A stretch of DNA of 64,000 nucleotides from Veillonella parvula (GTDB lineage Bacteria; Bacillota; Negativicutes; Veillonellales; Veillonellaceae). Both the position numbers and the translations under genes were made by a program. The stretch spans positions 42,478-106,477 of the forward strand of contig NZ_DBFBTX010000002.1 in the NCBI RefSeq assembly GCF_048309325.1, read 5' to 3'. The notes under the pieces were generated by a model. That model worked only from the letters and a program-made list of their open reading frames with translations, was not told where the DNA came from and ran no database searches. This document shows positions 49,344 to 59,158 of this stretch, one piece after another (position 1 is the stretch's first letter; every line of letters begins with the position of its first letter).

Positions 49344-50909
49344 GGTTGTTAATTTCTGTTTAATTTCTGCAACCATTCGTTTAGTTTCTTCGTTTTTTTC
49401 AATTTCCTTCGTTATTTTATCGTATGCATGGAGAATTGTCGTATGATCACGAGAAAAAGCTGCTGCGATTTGAGGATAGCTTTCATTGATCATATCGCGG
49501 CATAGATACATGGCGATTTGCCGTGGAAATGCGAATTGGGCTTTTCGTTTCTTGCCGAGTAGGTCTTGCTTTTTAATATTGAAATAAGAACTAACAAAAT
49601 TCTGGATGCTTTCAATATTAACCATATTCACCTCTTCGGTATGAACGAGGCCCGCCAAGGCGTGTTTTGTGTATTCTAGGTCGATAGATTCGAGACGTTG
49701 ATCGATGGATGCTGTACCGATGAGCTTGGTAAAAGCACCTTGCAATACGCGGACGTTTTCGCTAAATTGCAATGCTACGTAGTTAATTGAATCATTATCG
49801 ATACGAATAATGCGATTCTTTTTATATTCTCGTTCGAGCAGTGATCTGAAGATGGCAATGCGTGTTTCTAAATCTGGATTTTCCATTGTGGCAATGTAAC
49901 CAGCTTGGAAACGAGAGCGAAGACGATCTTCGAACTGCTCCATATCGTTTGGCATCGTATCAGAGGTAAGAACGATTTGCTTGTTGTTATTTAATAATTC
50001 ATTGAACGTATTAAATAGTTCAGTTTTCGTACTTTCACGGCTTTCAAGGAACTGAATATCGTCAATCATGAGCACATCGATATTGCGGAATGTGTTGCGG
50101 AACAATTTACCTTGGTTGCGCTGTAATGTTTCAACGAAAATATTCATAAAGTTTTCGCTCGTAATAGACATGACCTTCATATGTGGATGATTTTCCTTGA
50201 TAGCATTACCGATGGCGTGCATCAAGTGTGTTTTGCCGAGGCCCGATGGACCATAGATAAAGAGCGGATTATAGTCTCCACCTGGAAATTCAGCTACATT
50301 TTGAGCGGCTCCAAATGGTATTCGGTTCGCATTGCCCGTTACATAATTATCAAAACGGTACGCCGGATTGAGATTAGATAATGACAAGTCTACAGGAACA
50401 TTATCAGACTGCAATGTTGGCATTGTTTCTGTCGGTTTCTTTGGTGTCGCTATCATTGGTTCGTCTGGAATATCCACAGGCGCTGGCGCGCGGTCGATAT
50501 AGACAGGATCTTGATAGACTGGTGTGTAAAACTCCTCTTGATGAGCCTTTTCCTCTACTATAGGTGGTAAAGGCATCGGCGGTGCTACAACAGGCGTATC
50601 GATGAGATTTTCATCAACAAAGGTAGTATCTACACTTTCTTGATTGAAATCGAATAACACCATATCTCGATGGGAACCGATAACCGTAGTAATCGCATCC
50701 TGCAAAGCCTTGCTAATTTGCGGCTGCTGGTCGATTAAGTTTTTTACAAATGTTTGCATGACCCCAATATGGATTGAATGACTTTCGAGAGACATGGGAA
50801 TCAACGATGATGTGACGCGCAAATACAATGCATCAGGTAAATGTTGCATATTCTTTTTCGCCTCTTGCAATATATGCTCCCATATATTATTTAAATCAAA
50901 TGATTGCAT
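49335..50909 (-). CDS. dnaA: Chromosomal replication initiator DnaA
   Basis: 524 aa. Walker A GPSGLGKTHL and a C-terminal DNA-binding domain (AFPRQIAMYLCRD..SYPQIAAAFSRDHTTILHA). The domain II linker is long and proline-rich. Confidence 0.95.
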   Translation of the reverse strand: MQSFDLNNIWEHILQEAKKNMQHLPDALYLRVTSSLIPMSLESHSIHIGVMQTFVKNLIDQQPQISKALQDAITTVIGSHRDMVLFDFNQESVDTTFVDENLIDTPVVAPPMPLPPIVEEKAHQEEFYTPVYQDPVYIDRAPAPVDIPDEPMIATPKKPTETMPTLQSDNVPVDLSLSNLNPAYRFDNYVTGNANRIPFGAAQNVAEFPGGDYNPLFIYGPSGLGKTHLMHAIGNAIKENHPHMKVMSITSENFMNIFVETLQRNQGKLFRNTFRNIDVLMIDDIQFLESRESTKTELFNTFNELLNNNKQIVLTSDTMPNDMEQFEDRLRSRFQAGYIATMENPDLETRIAIFRSLLEREYKKNRIIRIDNDSINYVALQFSENVRVLQGAFTKLIGTASIDQRLESIDLEYTKHALAGLVHTEEVNMVNIESIQNFVSSYFNIKKQDLLGKKRKAQFAFPRQIAMYLCRDMINESYPQIAAAFSRDHTTILHAYDKITKEIEKNEETKRMVAEIKQKLTTCG

Positions 50910-50920
50910 GACGTGCCTCT

Positions 50921-51222
50921 TGTGAATAACTATTGCAATAAATGTGTATAACTTTAGGAATAATGTGCATAACCATTGTAAAAGCTGTGGAAAAAACTAT
51001 TATTCCTGTGAATAACTTGTGTATAACCTGTGAATAAGTAAAAATAAAAGTCTATTTTATATAGATAATTACTGACTTTTCAGTTTTTATAAACTAAAAG
51101 AGAAAAAATGTGGATAACTTCGAAAGTTATCCATCAAAAACATGTAAAAATATATTATTTTTGCTAATTTCAAGTATGATTGTACCAAAAAATCACTAGT
51201 TTGTCATTTATTCTGTGGATAA
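50921..51222. promoter_or_regulatory. DnaA-box cluster (oriC, upstream of dnaA)
   Basis: TGTGAATAA 50921, TGTGTATAA 50943, TGTGCATAA 50964, TGTGGAAAA 50986, TGTGAATAA 51007, TGTGTATAA 51018, TGTGAATAA 51029, TGTGGATAA 51109, TTATCCATC 51127, TGTGGATAA 51214. Confidence 0.85.
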
Positions 51223-51493
51223 CTTTTGGTTATCTGAAGGAAATGTGTTAATAAATTAATAATTATTTCATTATTTGTTCATCAATTACTTTTGGGGGAG
51301 GAATGAAAACTACTTTTATCGCTCCATTCTAACGCAAGTCGCTCAAAAAGTAGTTTTCATTCCCCTCCTCCAATAAGATAATTTTTATGATTATTATACA
51401 CATAGATGGAAAAGTAATTGATGAACATAACAACATCAACCTTCAGATAATCAAAAATAAATGATAGATAAAAATGACAAACTAGTGATTTTT
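51187..51493. repeat. ~300-bp nested imperfect palindrome centred on hairpin element E1
   Basis: Arm pairs: 51187-51209 with 51472-51493, 51230-51240 with 51440-51450, and 51277-51293 with 51410-51426. Confidence 0.75.
51294..51368. repeat. Hairpin element E1 (core inverted relative to E2-E4)
   Basis: gggggaggaat-gaaaactactttt [atcgctccattctaacgcaagtcgctc] aaaaagtagttttc-attcccctcc. Confidence 0.8.
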
Positions 51494-51509
51494 CTAAAAG
51501 GGAGTCTTA

Positions 51510-51584
51510 GGAGCAGGAATAGATGTGGATTTTTGACCGACTTACGATGAGTATGGAGGGAGAAAACCACATCTATTCCTCCCC
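51510..51584. repeat. Hairpin element E2
   Basis: ggagcaggaat-agatgtgg-attttt [gaccgacttacgatgagtatggaggga] gaaaa-ccacatct-attcctcccc. Confidence 0.8.
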
Positions 51585-51640
51585 TCTCTTCAACTGGAGA
51601 TCAAAACATAAATTTGCCAAAGTATAAAAAGATTTGAATT

Positions 51641-51863
51641 GTGAGTTCTTGTATGTTGATAAATTGATGTTACGTTTACATCGTGTAGTGGTATTGAAGG
51701 TGACATTAGGGTTTACTTAGGGAGGGAATATAGGGTCCTTTTGAGCGACTTTACGATGAGTATGGAGCGATGAAGGAGCCCTATATTCCTCCCCCTGGAA
51801 ACGTAACATCAATTACAGGATAAAATGTGTAGTAGAATTATTTTCAGAAATACAAGAACTCAC
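51641..51863. repeat. ~220-bp nested palindrome around hairpin element E3
   Basis: gtgagttcttgtat (51641-51654) pairs with atacaagaactcac (51850-51863). attgatgttacgttt (51663-51677) pairs with aaacgtaacatcaat (51799-51813). Confidence 0.75.
51720..51795. repeat. Hairpin element E3
   Basis: gggagggaat-atagggtcc-tttt [gagcgactttacgatgagtatggagcgat] gaagg-agccctat-attcctccccc. Confidence 0.8.
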
Positions 51864-51883
51864 AGCAGAACCCCTTTATTATA

Positions 51884-51912
51884 TTGACAAATTTACGTTT
51901 TACCTCTATAAT
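51884..51912 (+). promoter_or_regulatory. Consensus promoter TTGACA-17-TATAAT for rpmH-rnpA
   Basis: TTGACA at 51884-51889 and TATAAT at 51907-51912, with exact 17-nt spacing. Confidence 0.7.
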
Positions 51913-51967
51913 TACCCTGTTATGGTATAAGTAAAACAATACAGAATGACGAGGAGGTGTTTTACTA

Positions 51968-52102
51968 ATGAAACGTACTTACCAACCAAATACTCTTTGG
52001 AGAAAACGTACCCATGGTTTCCGTGAACGCATGAAAACTATTGGTGGCCGTCTCGTTTTGAAAAGAAGACGTGCAAAAGGCAGAAAACGCTTATCTGCAT
52101 AA
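51968..52102 (+). CDS. rpmH: 50S ribosomal protein L34
   Basis: Below the track cutoff. GAGGAGG Shine-Dalgarno. Translation [44 protein letters not shown]. Confidence 0.95.
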   Translation: MKRTYQPNTLWRKRTHGFRERMKTIGGRLVLKRRRAKGRKRLSA

Positions 52103-52130
52103 TATAATAGCTGTTAGGCAGGAGAAAAAA

Positions 52131-52153
52131 CTTGGCGCTGCTGCCAAGTTTTT
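52131..52153 (+). terminator. Hairpin plus T-run between rpmH and rnpA (partial terminator/attenuator)
   Basis: cttggc-gctgct-gccaag followed by TTTTT. Confidence 0.5.
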
Positions 52154-52175
52154 CTATTCTTAGGACTTAAGGACA

Positions 52176-52541
52176 ATGCATATGGATTATTGCCTTGATA
52201 AAGCAAGACGACTGACGCACAATAATGAATATCGCCTTGTGTATAAGCACGGAAAATACGAAGTAGGCCGTATGTGTGTACTGTATCGTATGCCCGTGGC
52301 AAAGCAACCTACGCGCATTGGTTTTGTAACAGGTAAAAAGGTTGGTTGTGCAGTGGAGCGCAACCGAGCTAGACGCCTGATGAAAGAGGTATATCGCCTC
52401 AATCAGCACGCCATTCGCGAAGGGTATCATATCGTAATTGTTGGACGTGGCCCTCTGAAAAACGCTACCTACGAAAAAGCGGAAAAGGAGATTTTGTATC
52501 TCTTGCGAAAAAGCAAATTATTGATACAAAATGATAAATAG
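52176..52541 (+). CDS. rnpA: Ribonuclease P protein component
   Basis: 121 aa. RLTHNNEYRLVYKHGK...GFVTGKKVGCAVERNRARRLMKE (RNR motif). Confidence 0.9.
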   Translation: MHMDYCLDKARRLTHNNEYRLVYKHGKYEVGRMCVLYRMPVAKQPTRIGFVTGKKVGCAVERNRARRLMKEVYRLNQHAIREGYHIVIVGRGPLKNATYEKAEKEILYLLRKSKLLIQNDK

Positions 52542-52589
52542 GACCACAAGTTAGAGGCTTTGGTCCTTTTTGTGTATATGGAGGTTTCC

Positions 52590-52811
52590 ATGAAACGCTG
52601 TATAACCATGCTTTTACGACTTTTAATTAGGTTTTATCAGCTCGCCATATCTCCCTTAAAACCTGGATGTTGCCGTTATTATCCGACATGTTCCACATAT
52701 ACTCTGCAGGCCATCGAAAAATATGGTCCTTTGAAAGGTAGCTGGATGGGTTTAAAACGCATTCTTCGTTGTCATCCTTTCCACAAGGGTGGCTACGATC
52801 CAGTTCCCTAA
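52590..52811 (+). CDS. yidD: Membrane protein insertion efficiency factor YidD
   Basis: Start set at ATG 52590 (GGAGG upstream). Signature [60 protein letters not shown]. Confidence 0.9.
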   Translation: MKRCITMLLRLLIRFYQLAISPLKPGCCRYYPTCSTYTLQAIEKYGPLKGSWMGLKRILRCHPFHKGGYDPVP

Positions 52812-52979
52812 CCCACGTGGGATTAGGCTGGATGTGTTCTGTGAAAGTAACTTTCACCATCACCATCAAGCACAGTTTTGGAAATACCTGAGCATCTGTA
52901 TGGATGAAATTTAGACCATACCATAACGATATATAGATGCGCAAAGGACGATTTCGGACTGTATGAAAAAGGAGAAACA

Positions 52980-53645
52980 ATGGACTTTTTAAGTGGTATT
53001 TTCCAACCTATCGTTGATTTAATGAGCACATTGGTAACCTATGCGTTCCAATTGACTCAAATGATAGGTTATCCAAGCTACGGTGTGGCTATTATCCTTT
53101 TAACAATCGTTATTAAAGCGATTTTGGCACCACTTACTGTTAAGCAAATCAAATCCATGAAGGCTATGCAAGAATTGCAGCCTCGCATGAAACAATTGCA
53201 AGATAAATACAAAAACGATCCTGCAAAACTGCAAGCGGAAATGGGTGCATTGTACAAAGAAATGGGCGTTAACCCATTGGCTGGTTGCTTGCCATTGTTG
53301 GTACAAATGCCATTCTTGATCGCGATTTACTGGGCTTTGAAAGATTACCCATACGATCCAAACTTTGTACAATTCTTGTGGTTGCCTAGCCTTGGCGATC
53401 CAGATCCAATGTATATCTTACCTATTTTGAGTGCATTATCCACATGGGTTATGTCTCGTCAAACTAGTAATGGTGCAACTGGTGCTGCTGCACAACAACA
53501 AAAGATTATGACAATCTTTATGCCTTTATTCATTGGTTACATTTCTTTGAGCTTCCCATCTGGTCTCGTTATCTACTGGGTAGTTTCTAACGTATTCCAA
53601 TTGATTCAACAGCATTTCATTTACAAAAATTTGAACGCTAAGTAG
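52980..53645 (+). CDS. yidC: Membrane insertase YidC/OxaA (short Firmicute form)
   Basis: 221 aa. ILLTIVIKAILAPLTVKQIKSMKAMQELQP...GCLPLLVQMPFLIAIY. Confidence 0.9.
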   Translation: MDFLSGIFQPIVDLMSTLVTYAFQLTQMIGYPSYGVAIILLTIVIKAILAPLTVKQIKSMKAMQELQPRMKQLQDKYKNDPAKLQAEMGALYKEMGVNPLAGCLPLLVQMPFLIAIYWALKDYPYDPNFVQFLWLPSLGDPDPMYILPILSALSTWVMSRQTSNGATGAAAQQQKIMTIFMPLFIGYISLSFPSGLVIYWVVSNVFQLIQQHFIYKNLNAK

Positions 53646-53654
53646 GAGGCAATT

Positions 53655-54452
53655 ATGGAATTTATCGATGTATCTGCTAAAACCATTGAAGATGCCATTG
53701 CTAAAGGTGTAGCTCAATTAGCTGCTGAAGGCCAAGAATTGGTAGAAACTAAAGTCTTAGAACAACCTTCTAGTGGATTTTTAGGCATTGGTCGTAAACC
53801 AGCAGTTGTTCGCTTATTCTTCACCGCTTTGGCTAAATCTGCTACTGCAGAAGAAGCAGCTAATGTTAAAGAACAATCTGTAGCTATTGCTTCCGAACCA
53901 GTGGCAATAAGCGAAACAGAAGTACAAGATACGACAGCTGAAACTTCTGAAAGTACTGTAGAAGAAAAACCTTCTAAAAAGGAACTTTCAAAAGAGGATC
54001 AACAAGAAATTGCTGAAAAAGGTAAACAATTCCTCGATGATATGTTTACACAAATGGGTCTCACTGTCGTTATCGAAAAAATGATGACAAAAGATAAAAT
54101 TACATTCCAAGTACACGGCGAAGAGCTAGGTATTTTGATTGGTAAACATGGTCAAACATTAGATGCTATTCAATACTTAACAAATCTCGTGGCTCACAAG
54201 GATGTATCTGGCCATTGCCATATCATGGTAGATGTGGAAAATTATCGTTCTCGCCGAGAAGAAACATTGGTGAATCTCGCGAAACGCTTGGCTTCTAAGG
54301 TGAAACGCAATCGTCAAAAGGTTTCTTTAGAACCGATGAATGCTTTTGAACGTAAAATCATTCATACCGCCCTTCAAGGGGATAAAAACGTTGTTACCAA
54401 CAGTGAAGGGGATGAACCATTCCGTCACGTTGTGATTTCGTACAAAAAATAA
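53655..54452 (+). CDS. jag: Jag/KhpB RNA-binding protein (Jag_N, KH, R3H)
   Basis: 265 aa. The C-terminal R3H region reads LEPMNAFERKIIHTALQGDKNVVTNSEGDEPFRHVVI. Synteny after yidC. Confidence 0.85.
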   Translation: MEFIDVSAKTIEDAIAKGVAQLAAEGQELVETKVLEQPSSGFLGIGRKPAVVRLFFTALAKSATAEEAANVKEQSVAIASEPVAISETEVQDTTAETSESTVEEKPSKKELSKEDQQEIAEKGKQFLDDMFTQMGLTVVIEKMMTKDKITFQVHGEELGILIGKHGQTLDAIQYLTNLVAHKDVSGHCHIMVDVENYRSRREETLVNLAKRLASKVKRNRQKVSLEPMNAFERKIIHTALQGDKNVVTNSEGDEPFRHVVISYKK

Positions 54453-54464
54453 AATATAATGGTG

Positions 54465-54520
54465 CAGCTTTCAGGTAACTGGTATTCTCCGTTACTTGAG
54501 GGCTGTTCCCTTTATTATTT
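54465..54520 (+). terminator. Terminator-like hairpin after jag
   Basis: cagctttcaggtaac-N11-gttacttgagggctg (with G-U pairs), followed by a T-rich run. Confidence 0.45.
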
Positions 54521-54633
54521 AGGTTATGGTGAAAGCTAACCTAAGTTAATCTTCGCGCGGGTAAGATTGGTTTAGTTTAACTTTCACAGGCGAAGAACAT
54601 ATAAAAGATAATAATCGAAATACGGAGATATGT

Positions 54634-56019
54634 ATGTATATAGATGATACAATAGCAGCCATTGCGACACCGCCCGGCATCGGTGGGGTTGGTATTATTC
54701 GTGTTAGCGGCAAGGATAGTTTTCCTATTGTAAATAGCCTGTTCAAGAGCATTGGCACCGTTCCTTTGATGGATCGCCAAAATAGAACGATTCAATACGG
54801 GACCATTGTGGATCCAGCGACGAACAAGACCATCGACGAGGTTCTTGTGTTATTAATGAAAGGCCCTCATTCTTATACGGCGGAAGATGTGGTAGAAATT
54901 CAGTGTCACGGCGGTATTGTGCCGGTTCGACAAATTCTAAAATTGCTTGTAAATCACGATGTGCGCATGGCTGATGCCGGTGAATTTACGAAGCGTGCCT
55001 TTATGAACGGACGTATCGACCTCACGCAAGCGGAGGCGATTATTGATATTATTGAAGCAAAAACGGAGGACTCCCTCTCCCTCGCTGTGGCTCAGCTAGA
55101 TGGGACTGTTTCTTCATTTGTAAAAGATGTGCGTGAACAGCTCATTGCTATGATTGCTCATTTAGAGGTAACCATCGACTATCCTGAGGAGGATATAGAA
55201 GACGTAACGAGCCAAGAGGTTCGCGAACAGTTGCAGCCTATTTTGAAAGCTATGGATGAACTCTTGTCCACAGCTAATATAGGCCGTCTAATTCGCGACG
55301 GTATTACGACGGTTATCGTAGGTCGTCCAAATGCAGGTAAATCGAGCCTTATGAATGCTCTCTTGCGCGAAAACCGCGCTATCGTAACGGATATTCCGGG
55401 GACGACACGTGACAGTATTGAAGAATATATGACCGTAGAAGGTATTTCTTTACGCCTTATTGATACAGCAGGTATTCGCGACACACAAGATACGGTGGAA
55501 GCCCTCGGTGTTGAGCGTGCTCGCGATTATATCAACAAAGCAGACATCGTGCTCTGCGTTATTGACGGATCTACTCCTTTAACCCCTGAAGAAATCGGAA
55601 TTTTGACCTCTGTGAGCGGTTTGAATACTATCGTACTCCTTAATAAGTCCGATGTGGCACAAGTCGTTACAGATGAAAATATTAAAGAACACGGAACCTT
55701 CACGGCTATCGAACGAATCAGTGCTAAAGAAGGCGAAGGCTCTGCGGTTCTTGCCAAATGGGTGCAAGAACTCGTCTACGGCGGTCGCGTAAAACAAGAC
55801 AATAGCGCCATGATCAGTAATGTGCGCCACATCAGCCTCATGGAACAAGCGAAGGCTCAAGTAGAACAAGCCCTCTCCTCTATCGACATGGGCATGCCTG
55901 TAGACTTTGTAGCCACCGACCTGCGTAGCGCTTGGGAACTACTAGGCGACATCACAGGCGATACCATCCGAGAAAGCATGATAGATGAATTGTTTAGTCG
56001 TTTTTGCCTTGGTAAGTGA
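54634..56019 (+). CDS. mnmE: tRNA modification GTPase MnmE
   Basis: 461 aa. DTIAAIATPPG, GRPNAGKSSL and the C-terminal FCLGK motif. Confidence 0.95.
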   Translation: MYIDDTIAAIATPPGIGGVGIIRVSGKDSFPIVNSLFKSIGTVPLMDRQNRTIQYGTIVDPATNKTIDEVLVLLMKGPHSYTAEDVVEIQCHGGIVPVRQILKLLVNHDVRMADAGEFTKRAFMNGRIDLTQAEAIIDIIEAKTEDSLSLAVAQLDGTVSSFVKDVREQLIAMIAHLEVTIDYPEEDIEDVTSQEVREQLQPILKAMDELLSTANIGRLIRDGITTVIVGRPNAGKSSLMNALLRENRAIVTDIPGTTRDSIEEYMTVEGISLRLIDTAGIRDTQDTVEALGVERARDYINKADIVLCVIDGSTPLTPEEIGILTSVSGLNTIVLLNKSDVAQVVTDENIKEHGTFTAIERISAKEGEGSAVLAKWVQELVYGGRVKQDNSAMISNVRHISLMEQAKAQVEQALSSIDMGMPVDFVATDLRSAWELLGDITGDTIRESMIDELFSRFCLGK

Positions 56020-56069
56020 TTTAAACTTTTACAATAAGATAAGTAACAAATATAAGGAATTTAATTGAT

Positions 56070-57941
56070 ATGTACACAGTAGATAATTATGATGTCATCG
56101 TCATCGGTGGTGGTCATGCTGGTTGTGAGGCGGCCCTCGCCGCTGCCCGCATGGGTCATCGCACGTTGATGGCGACCATCAGTTTAGATAATATTGCGCT
56201 TATGCCGTGCAACCCTGCCGTGGGTGGCCCTGGTAAAAGCCATCTTGTTTACGAAGTTGACGCATTAGGCGGTCAAATGGGTATCAATGCGGATGCTACA
56301 GCTATCCAAATGCGTATGCTCAATATGGGCAAAGGACCTGCCGTTCATTCTTTGCGCTGTCAATCCGACAAGATTAAATACCAACATTTGATGAAACGAA
56401 CATTGGAGAATACAGATAATCTCAATGTTAAGCAAATCATGGTGACAGAACTTAAGGTTGAGGATGACAAGGTAACAGGTATCGTTACAGAGCTTGGTGA
56501 ATTCTATGGCGCTAAGGCTATTATTCTTTGTACAGGTACCTATTTGAAAGGTAAAATCCTCATCGGTGATATCGATTATGTGGGCGGTCCAAATGGTCAA
56601 CGCGTAGCAGAACATTTCTCTCAATCCTTACTCGATAATGGTATTGAATTGATGCGCTTTAAAACGGGTACACCAGCACGTGTAGATAAACGTACTTTAA
56701 ACCTCGAAAATATGGTAGTTCAAGAAGGCGATGCACATCATCACGCATTTTCCTTCATGGATGAATGGATTAATCGTAATGAAGATGTATGTTGGTTGAC
56801 CTATACTAATAAAGAAACGCACGAAATCATTCATAGCAATATTCACCGGGCTCCTATGTATAGTGGCAAAATCGAAGGCGTAGGCCCTCGTTACTGTCCT
56901 TCCATCGAAGATAAAGTAGTGCGCTTTGCCGATAAAGAACGCCATCAATTATTCGTAGAACCAGAAGGCACGGGTACAAATGAAATGTATGTACAAGGTA
57001 TGAGTACGTCTCTTCCAATGGATGTACAATATGCTTTCTTGCGTACCATCCCAGGTCTTGAGAATGTTGAAATTATGCGTCCTGCCTATGCTATCGAATA
57101 CGATTGCTTGAATCCAATGCAATTGACACCAGCACTTCAAGTGAAACATATTGAAGGTCTCTACTCTGCAGGTCAAGCCAACGGTACATCTGGCTATGAA
57201 GAAGCGGCTGCTCAAGGCCTTATGGCTGGTATCAACGCAGCATTGTGGATTCAAGGAAAGGAACCGTTCATCCTTGCTCGCTCCGAAGCGTACATCGGTG
57301 TTCTTATCGATGATCTTGTAACAAAAGGTACAAATGAACCGTACCGCATGATGACAAGCCGCAGTGAATACCGTCTATTGCTTCGTCAAGATAATGCAGA
57401 CCTGCGTCTTACAGAAAAAGGCCGTGAAATCGGTCTTGTAAAAGACGATCGTTGGGCCAAATTTACAGCCAAGAAAGCTGCTATCGAAGAAGCAATGGAT
57501 ATGTTACGAAATACACCTGTCAATCCGTCTAAAGAAACACAAGCTTTGCTTGAAAGTTTAGGTACAGCACCTATTAGAACAGGTATTCACGCTTATGATT
57601 TAGTAAAACGTAATGAACTCTCTTACGCCATTGTAGCTGATGCATTTGGTTTGAAACGCTATACACCTGATGTAGAAGAGGCTGTCGATATTTCCATTAC
57701 CTACGAAGGGTACATTAAAAAGCAAATGGACCAAGTCGATAAAGTTCGCAAACTAGAAGAAAAAATTCTTCCAAAAGAATGGGACTACACACAAATCAAG
57801 GGCATTTCTCTTGAAGCTCAACAAAAGCTCAACAAGATTCGTCCTCACTCCATCGGCCAAGCAAGCCGTATCTCTGGCGTCTCCCCTGCGGACGTATCTG
57901 TTCTGTTGATCCAACTCGAACAATACAACAGAAGTAAATAA
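56070..57941 (+). CDS. mnmG: tRNA uridine 5-carboxymethylaminomethyl modification enzyme MnmG
   Basis: 623 aa. [16 protein letters not shown]; full-length GidA pattern. Confidence 0.95.
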   Translation: MYTVDNYDVIVIGGGHAGCEAALAAARMGHRTLMATISLDNIALMPCNPAVGGPGKSHLVYEVDALGGQMGINADATAIQMRMLNMGKGPAVHSLRCQSDKIKYQHLMKRTLENTDNLNVKQIMVTELKVEDDKVTGIVTELGEFYGAKAIILCTGTYLKGKILIGDIDYVGGPNGQRVAEHFSQSLLDNGIELMRFKTGTPARVDKRTLNLENMVVQEGDAHHHAFSFMDEWINRNEDVCWLTYTNKETHEIIHSNIHRAPMYSGKIEGVGPRYCPSIEDKVVRFADKERHQLFVEPEGTGTNEMYVQGMSTSLPMDVQYAFLRTIPGLENVEIMRPAYAIEYDCLNPMQLTPALQVKHIEGLYSAGQANGTSGYEEAAAQGLMAGINAALWIQGKEPFILARSEAYIGVLIDDLVTKGTNEPYRMMTSRSEYRLLLRQDNADLRLTEKGREIGLVKDDRWAKFTAKKAAIEEAMDMLRNTPVNPSKETQALLESLGTAPIRTGIHAYDLVKRNELSYAIVADAFGLKRYTPDVEEAVDISITYEGYIKKQMDQVDKVRKLEEKILPKEWDYTQIKGISLEAQQKLNKIRPHSIGQASRISGVSPADVSVLLIQLEQYNRSK

Positions 57942-58064
57942 AATAGCATGTAATAACATGCATTTTATATGAACTTTTTAGAAGATATTTCTTACAGATT
58001 TTAAAAGATATTTCCTACAGATCTTATTATCCTATACATATTAGACAATTCATTAGGTGTACTT

Positions 58065-58817
58065 ATGAAAGAAAAATACGATGTGCCTATAGCACCTCAG
58101 TCTGAATTTGTTTCGTACATGATGGAGCAAATGAGCCATTTTGGCTTGCCTTGTACGGAAGAGCAAGCAAAAGACTTTTACATGTATTATGCGCATATGA
58201 TTGAAACAAATAAATATCTCAATTTAACGGGTATTACGGATATGAAAGAGGTCGTGGTTAAGCACATGATTGACTCCCTCTCCTGTTATGATTCTGAAAT
58301 TATCAAATCTGGCATGACGATTATCGATGTTGGTACCGGTGCAGGTTTTCCTGGTATTCCATTGGCTATCTATGACCGTAGCCTCAAGGTTACCCTGTTT
58401 GATTCTTTGAAAAAGCGGCTTACCTTTTTGGAATCGATTATAGATAAACTAAAACTGACGAACTGTACTACCTTACACGGACGTGCGGAGGATTTGAGTC
58501 ATCAAGATTACCGTGAAAGCTTTGATATTGCTACGAGCCGTGCCGTGGCACGCTTGCCGATTCTTTTAGAATGGACTGTACCATACGTAAAAGAAGGTGG
58601 CTACGTTGTTGCTTTAAAAGGAGCTATCTACGAAGAAGAAGTGAAAGAATCTAATAAAGCCCTTAGCACACTAAAAGCTACTATCGAAGAAGTAAGAACC
58701 GTTACTTTGCCAACCTTAGACGATAAACGTGCAATCTTATATATAAAGAAAACGGGAAAAACACCGAAACAATACCCACGTAAACCAAAAGAAATCAAAG
58801 ACAAACCGTTAGTATAG
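58065..58817 (+). CDS. rsmG: 16S rRNA (guanine527-N7)-methyltransferase RsmG
   Basis: 250 aa. DVGTGAGFPGIPLAI motif; synteny after mnmG. Confidence 0.9.
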   Translation: MKEKYDVPIAPQSEFVSYMMEQMSHFGLPCTEEQAKDFYMYYAHMIETNKYLNLTGITDMKEVVVKHMIDSLSCYDSEIIKSGMTIIDVGTGAGFPGIPLAIYDRSLKVTLFDSLKKRLTFLESIIDKLKLTNCTTLHGRAEDLSHQDYRESFDIATSRAVARLPILLEWTVPYVKEGGYVVALKGAIYEEEVKESNKALSTLKATIEEVRTVTLPTLDDKRAILYIKKTGKTPKQYPRKPKEIKDKPLV

Positions 58818-58883
58818 CAGCTAATGATTTAGGCGTAGAAACTAATATAAATAAACTCTATGCTATATTGCTACATAAAGAAA

Positions 58884-58923
58884 AAGAGGATGCAAATCTT
58901 AGATCTGCATCCTCTTTTTTTTC
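58884..58923 (+). terminator. Rho-independent terminator after rsmG
   Basis: aagaggatgca-N11-tgcatcctctt followed by TTTTTTT. Confidence 0.85.
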
Positions 58924-58964
58924 TTAGTAACGAATTAGTTCGCATTCCCTCCCCTACCCTATAT

Positions 58965-58992
58965 CTATTAAATGATATCGTTTACAACAAAA
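58965..58992 (+). repeat. 28-nt direct repeat copy a (CTATTAAATGATATCGTTTACAACAAAA), part of a ~110-bp diverged duplication
   Basis: Identical 28-mer at 59091-59118. The flanks align loosely (acgaattagttcgc vs acgacttagctcgc upstream; ttatatatttt downstream). Confidence 0.75.
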
Positions 58993-59090
58993 TTATATAT
59001 TTTGTTCACTATATGAGGCGGAGATAAAGATACATATAACACCTTTCCCTAAGGACGACTTAGCTCGCTATTTTCTTTTTCCCTTACTAC

Positions 59091-59118
59091 CTATTAAATG
59101 ATATCGTTTACAACAAAA
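59091..59118 (+). repeat. 28-nt direct repeat copy b
   Basis: Identical to 58965-58992. Confidence 0.75.
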
Positions 59119-59158
59119 GTTAAACGATTATATATTTTTGTACATAATTATATTAAAT

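Noticed and set aside
51187-51863. CRISPR array or MITE interpretation of the oriC-proximal repeats
   Set aside because: The units are internally palindromic and irregularly spaced, and one is inverted. There are no unique spacers of constant length, so this is not CRISPR. The outer arms of the two nested palindromes are unrelated to each other, so they are not copies of a single MITE. No transposase is nearby.
52114-52430. Minus-strand ORFs overlapping rnpA (52114-52302, 52167-52430, 52187-52402) and 52627-53029 overlapping the yidD/yidC region
   Set aside because: They lie antisense to well-supported conserved genes, have no RBS, and have implausible composition.
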